A DNA stretch of 34,004 bases from positions 1 to 34,004 of IMG/VR virus record IMGVR_UViG_3300046779_001672; one strand, 5' to 3'. The notes under the pieces are model-generated. The model was not told the origin of the DNA. It did not search any database and saw only the letters and a program-made list of their open reading frames with translations. A program made the translations under genes and the position numbers. Within the stretch, counting starts at the first letter, position 1. Each line of letters starts with the position of its first letter. The DNA is from a virus. Its lineage: Duplodnaviria > Caudoviricetes. Positions 1 through 5,555 of this stretch are shown here, in pieces.

Positions 1-572
1 TGTCCGAGACCTTGCAGTTAAGGGCTTCAATGCAATGTTAATGGCTAATGGTCAAAAAGGACATTGGTCGTGAAACATGACTGAGTAGCCGGCAGGCAAA
101 AGGTACGTGGTGTGTTGTATTCTGTATAGCAAAACTATATGGATCAACTGAGGCAGCACATCATTGTAGGTTGATATAGCTCAATTGGTAGAGCGACAGT
201 ATTCTAAACTGTTGGCAGTTGGTTCAAATCCAACTATCAAATAAAAACGCAAAGACTGCCTCGGTTAGTAGTGAAAGGCATCTAACACTTGTGCCGCAAG
301 GTAAACAAGTTGGACGTAACTCGCAAGGTGAAATCCATTTATGTCGGATGATTCGTAAGGTGTTAGCGCATCTGAATGGCTCGCAAGGTCAACGGGTAAT
401 AAGGCGTAGAGTAGCTACTAATGTCAAGTCAAATGCTAGACTTTAAAAAGCGATGTTGGTAACGTACAGTGATACCGCAAGGGTTGCTGTGGATATCAGA
501 AGAAGGTATGCTCGCAAGGTGTACTATAATGTCTGAAGCGTTATCATGGTAGGATGTAATCTCAGTCCTACC
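1..572 (+). ncRNA. Large structured ncRNA, GOLLD-like (5' end outside the window)
   Basis: No credible ORF. Five CGCAAGG (GNRA-capped) hairpin motifs near 295, 322, 382, 476 and 513; GAGTAG motifs; long-range helix 146-156/256-266; terminal hairpin GGTAGGA-TGTAATCTCAG-TCCTACC (548-572); sits next to a phage tRNA array. The family name is from recalled motif resemblance, not a covariance-model search. Confidence 0.7.
170..242 (+). other. tRNA-like domain (anticodon TCT, degenerate) embedded in the GOLLD-like RNA
   Basis: Cloverleaf with D arm GCTC/GAGC, anticodon arm ACAGT-ATTCTAA-ACTGT and T arm GTTGG-TTCAAAT-CCAAC. G1:A72 mismatch, A32, no encoded CCA. Confidence 0.8.
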
Positions 573-649
573 CACTTATTAAAACACATTACGATCAGCT
601 TGGTACTTTGGGCCCAAAGAACGCCTCCTCTAGTGTGTTTTAATAAGTG
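573..649 (+). other. 19-bp stem-loop spacer between the GOLLD-like RNA and the first tRNA
   Basis: CACTTATTAAAACACATTA (573-591) pairs with TAGTGTGTTTTAATAAGTG (631-649), one G-U pair; inner palindrome CTTTGGGCCCAAAG. Confidence 0.75.
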
Positions 650-652
650 AAC

Positions 653-727
653 GGAAATGTAGCACAGCGGTAGTGCAGCTCCTTCATACGGAGTTGGTCG
701 GGAGTTCAAATCTCTCCATTTCCACCA
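653..727 (+). tRNA. tRNA-Met (CAT), probably elongator
   Basis: Acceptor GGAAATG/CATTTCC, anticodon loop TTCATAC, encoded CCA. Confidence 0.88.
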
Positions 728-736
728 ATTTACAAA

Positions 737-782
737 TCGAACTTTTACTATATAAAGATATGTAAACTGGTAAGAGGTTCGA
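737..782 (+). promoter_or_regulatory. RBS-sequestering hairpin with a late-promoter-like motif in its loop
   Basis: 737-750 pairs with 768-782, covering the SD AAGAGG; TATAAAGA (751-758) is one mismatch from the T4 late consensus TATAAATA. Confidence 0.55.
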
Positions 783-784
783 AA

Positions 785-1297
785 ATGAATAACTGTTTAA
801 ATTGTAATACTGAAACGATTAATGATAAGTTTTGTAGTAGTTCCTGTAATGCTTCGTACAATAACAAAAATAATCATTGGCGAAAACAAAAAGGAATTCT
901 AAAAGGATTATCTAATTGTATTAGTTGCGGAAAAGAATGTAAGAAAACAGATTCAAAATATTGTTCCTCAAAGTGTCAAAGAGATAAACAATATAAAAAT
1001 AAATTAAATGAATGGTTAAATGGAAGTGCTGACAAGTTAGGTAGATTTCAAGTTCGAAGATATTTAACAGAAACGTTTGGATATAATTGTTCGCATTGTG
1101 GAATAAATGAACACAATAATAAACCTATTGTGTTACAAGTTGACCATATTGACGGCAATAGTGAAAATAATAGACCAGAAAATCTTTGTTTCTTATGTCC
1201 AAATTGTCATAGTCAAACACCAACATTTGGTGCAAAAAATAAAGGTAACGGACGCCACTATCGTCGTGTTCGTTATGCTCAAGGAAAAAGTTTTTAA
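785..1297 (+). CDS. HNH endonuclease with N-terminal Cys-rich zinc-binding repeats (free-standing homing endonuclease-like)
   Basis: CxxC...LQVDHIDGNSENNRPENLCFLCPNCH HNH motif; two CxxC...FCS/YCSxxC repeats. Confidence 0.9.
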   Translation: MNNCLNCNTETINDKFCSSSCNASYNNKNNHWRKQKGILKGLSNCISCGKECKKTDSKYCSSKCQRDKQYKNKLNEWLNGSADKLGRFQVRRYLTETFGYNCSHCGINEHNNKPIVLQVDHIDGNSENNRPENLCFLCPNCHSQTPTFGAKNKGNGRHYRRVRYAQGKSF

Positions 1298-1298
1298 T

Positions 1299-1374
1299 GC
1301 CTCTGAAGCATTGCTGGCGATGCGCCGGATTTGTAACCCGGAGACAGTCTGTTCGATTCAGACCGGAGGCACCA
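1299..1374 (+). tRNA. tRNA-Thr (TGT)
   Basis: Acceptor GCCTCTG/CGGAGGC, loop TTTGTAA, CCA. Confidence 0.9.
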
Positions 1375-1381
1375 GTATCAA

Positions 1382-1457
1382 CTCCCTATGGCGTAATCCG
1401 GTAGCGTGGTGCGTTTGGGACGCAGCGGTCCAGGTTCAAATCCTGGTAGGGAGACCA
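1382..1457 (+). tRNA. tRNA-Pro (TGG)
   Basis: Acceptor CTCCCTA/TAGGGAG, loop TTTGGGA, CCA. Confidence 0.92.
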
Positions 1458-1464
1458 TTATTAT

Positions 1465-1539
1465 GGGGGATTAGTCTAATTGGGAAAACACTAGCCTTGC
1501 ACGCTTGAGTCAGCGGTTCGAATCCGCTATCCTCCACCA
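1465..1539 (+). tRNA. tRNA-Ala (TGC)
   Basis: Acceptor GGGGGAT/ATCCTCC with G3-U70, loop CTTGCAC, CCA. Confidence 0.93.
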
Positions 1540-1541
1540 GT

Positions 1542-1617
1542 GGTCCATTAGCTCAATCGGGAGAGCACTCGCTTGATAAGCGAGAGGTATCTGGATCGAA
1601 ACCAGAATGGACTACCA
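1542..1617 (+). tRNA. tRNA-Ile (GAT)
   Basis: Acceptor GGTCCAT/ATGGACT, loop TTGATAA, atypical T loop ATCGAAA, CCA. Confidence 0.9.
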
Positions 1618-1624
1618 ATTTTAT

Positions 1625-1701
1625 TGCGGGTTAGGGAAGTGGTCATCCCGTCAGTCTCATAAACTGAAGGTCCTTGGTTCGAATCCAAGACTCCGCAACC
1701 A
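1625..1701 (+). tRNA. tRNA-Met (CAT), initiator-like
   Basis: TGCGGG...CCGCAACCA ends resemble tRNA-fMet; loop CTCATAA; one extra nucleotide in the 3' acceptor strand; lacks the three G-C anticodon-stem pairs. Confidence 0.8.
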
Positions 1702-1705
1702 GTAT

Positions 1706-1779
1706 TACGGTGTGGCGTAGTGGCAGCGCAGCGGTCTCCAAAACCGTTAGTGGGGGTTCGATTCCCTCCACCGTAGCCA
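1706..1779 (+). tRNA. tRNA-Trp (CCA)
   Basis: Acceptor TACGGTG/CACCGTA, loop CTCCAAA, G73, CCA. Confidence 0.92.
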
Positions 1780-1800
1780 GTTTTTATTTACAGGTGACGT

Positions 1801-2271
1801 ATGTTTAAAAAAGAAATTGATATCGAAGAAGTAGCCGCATTTCTTGACACATGCGGTCCTGACACAAAAGTTTATATTGGTGCAGATAGTGAACGTTTTC
1901 AAATCAACGGTGAGTGGTTCGCAGATTACATTTTGGCGGTCGTTATACATATTGACGGACGCCATGGTTGCAAAATCTTTGGAGCTGTTCAACGTGAAAG
2001 AGATTATGAACAAAAGAAAAATCGTCCACGTTTGCGTTTGATGAATGAAGTTTACAAAGTTTCAGATTTATACTTGAAACTGTATGATGCAATACCACAT
2101 GATATTCAAGTGCATCTGGATATTAATCCAAGTGAAATGCATGGTAGTTCATGTGTGGTAAATGAAGCGATTGGATATATCAAAGGAACATGTAATGTGA
2201 TACCATTGATTAAACCAAAAGCATTTGCGGCATCTTATGCTGCTGATCGTTTCAAGAGTATTGCAGCATAG
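1801..2271 (+). CDS. RNase H-like YkuK family protein
   Basis: YIGADS, RLMNEV, VHLDIN and AFAASYAADR motifs; ends in TAG. Confidence 0.8.
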   Translation: MFKKEIDIEEVAAFLDTCGPDTKVYIGADSERFQINGEWFADYILAVVIHIDGRHGCKIFGAVQRERDYEQKKNRPRLRLMNEVYKVSDLYLKLYDAIPHDIQVHLDINPSEMHGSSCVVNEAIGYIKGTCNVIPLIKPKAFAASYAADRFKSIAA

Positions 2272-2281
2272 AAAAAATAAT

Positions 2282-2357
2282 GCGGGTGTAATTCAGTTGG
2301 TAGAATGCTTCCTTGCCAAGGAAAATGTCGTCGGTTCGAGTCCGACTACCCGCTCCA
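2282..2357 (+). tRNA. tRNA-Gly (GCC)
   Basis: Acceptor GCGGGTG/TACCCGC, loop TTGCCAA, U73, CCA. Confidence 0.93.
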
Positions 2358-2363
2358 ACTTTT

Positions 2364-2437
2364 GCGGAATTAGTTTAATGGTAAAACGAAAGCCTTCCAA
2401 GCTCTAGTTATGAGTTCGATTCTCATATTCCGCTCCA
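2364..2437 (+). tRNA. tRNA-Gly (TCC)
   Basis: Acceptor GCGGAAT/ATTCCGC, loop CTTCCAA, U73, CCA. Confidence 0.93.
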
Positions 2438-2454
2438 TTTTACGGAGAATGTTC

Positions 2455-2703
2455 ATGGACTATACTCCAAAAATAGCAAAAGCAGATTTAATGCATGGTG
2501 CATATTATTATGGTCGATGCCGTAACGCTAGTATTGCACGATGGAACGCTGATGTGCAAAGATTTGTTTATTGGCGTACTAAGTTTGGTGAATCGTTTGT
2601 TGAAGAAATTTGTCATCCAGAAGATGATAAGGTGTTCGATGTTTTTGTAGTTGAAAAAGAAATTGATCCACCAGTAAAGAAAATACCCTTTTTAGAAATA
2701 TAG
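2455..2703 (+). CDS. Hypothetical phage protein (82 aa)
   Basis: GGAG SD at 2444-2447 before ATG 2455 (the track start at 2410 lies inside a tRNA); ends in TAG. Confidence 0.75.
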   Translation: MDYTPKIAKADLMHGAYYYGRCRNASIARWNADVQRFVYWRTKFGESFVEEICHPEDDKVFDVFVVEKEIDPPVKKIPFLEI

Positions 2704-2712
2704 GAGTTTGTC

Positions 2713-3297
2713 ATGCCAGCAATTTTTCTTGTGAGCGATACGCATTTCGGTCACGCTGGCGTTTGTCGTTTTCTGCGTGAAGATGGTACTAAACTTAGGC
2801 CATGGGATAATCCAGAAGAAATGGATGAAGAAATGGTTAAGCGTTGGAATGATACAGTTCGACCCAACGACAAAGTGTATCATCTTGGCGATGTTGTAAT
2901 TAATCGTAAAGCACTTAAAACGCTTGGACGTCTGAATGGTGAGAAAGTGCTTATCAAGGGTAATCATGATATTTTTAAACTGAGCGATTATCTTCCTTAC
3001 TTTAAAGACATTCGTGGTTATCATGTAATGAATGGAATGATTCTTAGTCACATTCCAGTCCACGAAAGTAACCTGTATCGTTTTGGTACTAACATTCATG
3101 GACACCTTCATTCTAACAGAATAAAGATGAAAGTTAGATATCCACACAAAGAAACTGAAATTATCGACCCAAGATATTTTAACGTAAGTGTGGAACAAAT
3201 TGACTTTACACCTATTCTGTTTGAACAAGCAATAATCAAAATTAAAGAACAGGGAGGTACCATTGGTTTTAGAGATGGTAACGGACCTGATATGTGA
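2713..3297 (+). CDS. Calcineurin-like metallophosphoesterase
   Basis: DTHFGH, LGD, GNHD, SH and HGHLH motifs. Confidence 0.9.
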   Translation: MPAIFLVSDTHFGHAGVCRFLREDGTKLRPWDNPEEMDEEMVKRWNDTVRPNDKVYHLGDVVINRKALKTLGRLNGEKVLIKGNHDIFKLSDYLPYFKDIRGYHVMNGMILSHIPVHESNLYRFGTNIHGHLHSNRIKMKVRYPHKETEIIDPRYFNVSVEQIDFTPILFEQAIIKIKEQGGTIGFRDGNGPDM

Positions 3298-3869
3298 TGA
3301 AAATAATTGATAATTCTTTACCTGTTGTATTTCAAGATCATGTAAAAGATGTTCTATTGGGAAACAATTTTCCATGGTTTTATCAAAAAGATTTGACTGG
3401 TGGATATAGAACGGAAATACAAAGTAGACCGGGACTAGGTCATTACTTTGTGGTTGATGGACAAAACAATAGTGATTATGTTCATTTATTGGATCCAATC
3501 ATTAAATCTGTTGAAGCATCAACAAATAGAACGTTTTCAAAGATACTTAATGCTAGAACATTTTTACAATTACCTCTTTCTCCCAAAATAATTGGAAAAG
3601 ATACTGTTGATACCTTTCATGTTGATTTGGAAGAAGAACATTTTGTAATTTTGTATTATGTGTTAGATTCTGATGGACAAACTATTTTATCCGATCGTCA
3701 ATATACATCTGGAGTTAAAGTAATGATGGGTGTTGATGAAGATTATCGGATAGTCAAAAAAGTTAAACCAAAACAAGGTAGAGTTTTATTTTTTAACGGT
3801 AATGTATTTCATACAGCATTACAACCAAAAAAGAATGTTCGTTGTGTGCTGAATATAAATGTTATCTAG
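3297..3869 (+). CDS. 2OG-Fe(II) oxygenase-like protein
   Basis: HVD...H(TA)...R pattern and FPW motif of phage 2OG-Fe(II) oxygenases; ATG overlaps the upstream TGA; ends in TAG. Confidence 0.75.
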   Translation: MKIIDNSLPVVFQDHVKDVLLGNNFPWFYQKDLTGGYRTEIQSRPGLGHYFVVDGQNNSDYVHLLDPIIKSVEASTNRTFSKILNARTFLQLPLSPKIIGKDTVDTFHVDLEEEHFVILYYVLDSDGQTILSDRQYTSGVKVMMGVDEDYRIVKKVKPKQGRVLFFNGNVFHTALQPKKNVRCVLNINVI

Positions 3870-3943
3870 CGGTGGTTGCATAATGGTGAATGCCTCTGTC
3901 TCTAAAACGGAAGATGTGGGTTCGATTCCCACTCACCGCACCA
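3869..3943 (+). tRNA. Amber suppressor tRNA (anticodon CTA, reads UAG)
   Basis: Acceptor GCGGTGG/TCACCGC, D arm GCAT/ATGC, anticodon arm TCTGT-CTCTAAA-ACGGA, T arm GTGGG-TTCGATT-CCCAC, A73, CCA. Confidence 0.9.
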
Positions 3944-3962
3944 TTTTTATAAAGGAAAAACC

Positions 3963-4145
3963 ATGTATAATAAGGTTTACGAAAGTAATGATGAACCATC
4001 AAACAATGATTCGAAAATTTATGTTTGTGAAGTATGCGGTCATACGCATGATGAATCGGTAGATGGAAAGTTGGAAGATTTGCCTGCGTTTGCAAATTGT
4101 CCAGAATGTGGTAGTGATGCGAGAGAAGTTTATAAAGAATTTTAA
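3963..4145 (+). CDS. Rubredoxin-like protein
   Basis: YVCEVCG...LEDLP...CPECG; SD AAGGA. Confidence 0.8.
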   Translation: MYNKVYESNDEPSNNDSKIYVCEVCGHTHDESVDGKLEDLPAFANCPECGSDAREVYKEF

Positions 4146-4158
4146 TAAGGAGACTGCA

Positions 4159-4194
4159 ATGGAGAAACTTGTTGCATAGATACGACCACCATAA
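4159..4194 (+). promoter_or_regulatory. Leader ORF MEKLVA-(TAG)-IRPP-(TAA), putative read-through sensor
   Basis: SD TAAGGAG 4146-4152, ATG 4159, TAG 4177-4179, then ATA CGA CCA CCA TAA. Confidence 0.6.
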
Positions 4195-4250
4195 ATCCCT
4201 TTTGAATTTAATTAACTTGTTTAAAGTAACTAATAATCAAAAGGAGATTT
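4193..4250 (+). promoter_or_regulatory. Anti-SD/SD hairpin upstream of the gene at 4253
   Basis: AAATCCCTTTTGA (4193-4205) pairs with TCAAAAGGAGATTT (4237-4250): 13 bp with one bulged A, covering AAGGAG. Confidence 0.65.
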
Positions 4251-4252
4251 CA

Positions 4253-4642
4253 ATGAGCGTCGAACTAAAAATCAAATCAAAGCATTTATCACTAGAAGCA
4301 AAAGTAATTCGTTTTGAAGAAAACAAAATAAAGAAACAAATCAAGTGGTTGTATAAAAATGAACCGACTGGAGTGTATTACAAACAATTAGAGTTGGGTT
4401 CATTGTACAATCATCGAAAAGATGTTGTAGGAACAGAAAACCGTGCCACGTTTCTAGCGAGAGCATATCTTGCAGGTAAAACTTACACAAGCACGGAAAG
4501 AAGTAGAGTACCAGAGAAAGAAGAATTCTTTCAACGTGCCATTTTACCGAGAGTGTATGAAATGGTAAAAAAGTACGGCAGTTTTGATGTTCGTAGAAGC
4601 ATCACTGTTGACATACTGAAAGAATGGAGTAAAATAGAATAA
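4253..4642 (+). CDS. Hypothetical basic phage protein (129 aa, MSVELKIKSKHL...)
   Basis: AAGGAG SD before ATG 4253, preferred over the track start 4169. Confidence 0.8.
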   Translation: MSVELKIKSKHLSLEAKVIRFEENKIKKQIKWLYKNEPTGVYYKQLELGSLYNHRKDVVGTENRATFLARAYLAGKTYTSTERSRVPEKEEFFQRAILPRVYEMVKKYGSFDVRRSITVDILKEWSKIE

Positions 4643-4643
4643 T

Positions 4644-4718
4644 GCATCGTTAGCTCAGCGGTAGAGCAACGCCCTTACAAGGCGAAGGTCCGCGGTTCGA
4701 TCCCGTGACGATGTACCA
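4644..4718 (+). tRNA. tRNA-Val (TAC)
   Basis: Acceptor GCATCGT/ACGATGT, loop CTTACAA, CCA. Confidence 0.92.
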
Positions 4719-4720
4719 AT

Positions 4721-4796
4721 GCGTCTTTAGCTGATGTGGTCATAGCAGCGGCCTGAAGAGCCGATGAACTAGGTTCGATTCCTAGAGGACGCACCA
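4721..4796 (+). tRNA. tRNA-Phe (GAA)
   Basis: Acceptor GCGTCTT/AGGACGC, loop CTGAAGA, CCA. Confidence 0.92.
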
Positions 4797-4990
4797 AATA
4801 ATTCGTAGTAATGAGGCCAGACAGTCGGAACAAATGTTTTATCTGGATCCTGCTGTCTTTCCTCAATTTCTACTCTGTTTGGATTATATGAGTAGGTGGG
4901 AATAAAGTCTTTGCCCTTAGTACGACTTGTACGTTGAGCATGTGTTCCCATCTTACGTTCGAAGTAATCATAATTCATAAAAGTATATAT

Positions 4991-5067
4991 GCCCAGGTGA
5001 TGGAATTGGTATACTTACTTGTCTTAGAAACAAGGTTTTGCGAGTTCGAGTCTCGCCCTGGGCACCA
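4991..5067 (+). tRNA. tRNA-Leu (TAG), short variable loop
   Basis: Acceptor GCCCAGG/CCTGGGC, loop CTTAGAA, 5-nt variable region, CCA. Confidence 0.88.
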
Positions 5068-5121
5068 ATTGCTCTCCCTTGCATACGGAGTATAATGTGA
5101 TAAGTAGTATGCAAAGAATAT

Positions 5122-5206
5122 GCGGGTATGGTGAAATAGGTAGACACAGCAGACTTAAAATCTGCCGACTTCGGTCGTGCTGGTTCGATTCCGGCTATCC
5201 GCACCA
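5122..5206 (+). tRNA. tRNA-Leu (TAA)
   Basis: Acceptor GCGGGTA/TATCCGC, loop CTTAAAA, long variable arm CGAC-TTCG-GTCG, CCA. Confidence 0.93.
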
Positions 5207-5211
5207 GTATC

Positions 5212-5288
5212 GGGCCGGAAGCATTTTTGGTATATGCGTCCGACTCATAATCGGGGGATAGAGAGTTCGAATCTCTCCCGGCCCACCA
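5212..5288 (+). tRNA. tRNA-Ile2 (CAT, lysidine type) probable
   Basis: Acceptor GGGCCGG/CCGGCCC; CGA-CTCATAA-TCG anticodon arm typical of bacterial Ile2; CCA. Confidence 0.8.
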
Positions 5289-5289
5289 T

Positions 5290-5364
5290 CTGGCCGTAGT
5301 TCAATGGATAGAACAGTAGCCTTCTAAGCTTCTAATACAGGTTCGATTCCTGTCGGCCGGACCA
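5290..5364 (+). tRNA. tRNA-Arg (TCT)
   Basis: Acceptor CTGGCCG/CGGCCGG, loop CTTCTAA, CCA. Confidence 0.92.
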
Positions 5365-5451
5365 ATTAGACTAAAATCATGAAAATACTGAGTGATTTTA
5401 GTCATCCGTTATTGTAAATATGATTGTAGTTACTTTTTTGAGGAGACTATT

Positions 5452-5523
5452 ATGTGGACCACACCTTCAGCACAAGATATGCGTTTTGGTTTTGAAATCA
5501 CAATGTATATTGCAAATCGTTAA
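5452..5523 (+). CDS. pqqA: Pyrroloquinoline quinone precursor peptide PqqA
   Basis: MWTTPSAQDMRFGFEITMYIANR carries the WxxP...R.GFE..MY PqqA signature (ExxxY core); SD GAGGAG; below the ORF-track size cutoff. Confidence 0.93.
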   Translation: MWTTPSAQDMRFGFEITMYIANR

Positions 5524-5528
5524 ATAAG

Positions 5529-5555
5529 AAAGGGAGCGTTAGCTCCCTTTTTTTT
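5529..5555. terminator. Intrinsic terminator, probably bidirectional
   Basis: AAAGGGAGC-GTTA-GCTCCCTTT plus a T tract, between convergent genes. Confidence 0.8.

Noticed and set aside
290-520. CRISPR array or group I intron suggested by CGCAAGG repeats
   Set aside because: The repeats are only 7-9 nt, irregularly spaced and explained as tetraloop hairpins; no interrupted gene or recognisable intron core.
219-709. Track ORFs 219-446 and 524-709
   Set aside because: They lie within structured RNA or tRNA and have no SD or protein motif.
2692-3498. 268-aa minus-strand ORF
   Set aside because: Antisense shadow of two motif-bearing genes.
3869-3943. tRNA-Pyl
   Set aside because: It has a standard 5-bp anticodon stem, 2-nt connector, D-loop GG and TTC T loop, and there are no pyl genes in the window.
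4169-4252. Longer N-terminus for the 4253 gene
   Set aside because: It needs a TTG start inside the leader ORF; ATG 4253 has a canonical AAGGAG.
1107-5261. Track ORFs overlapping tRNAs (1107-1508, 2225-2407, 3859-4062, 3862-4095, 4675-4866, 4968-5204, 5079-5261)
   Set aside because: They are translations of tRNA sequence or its antisense.
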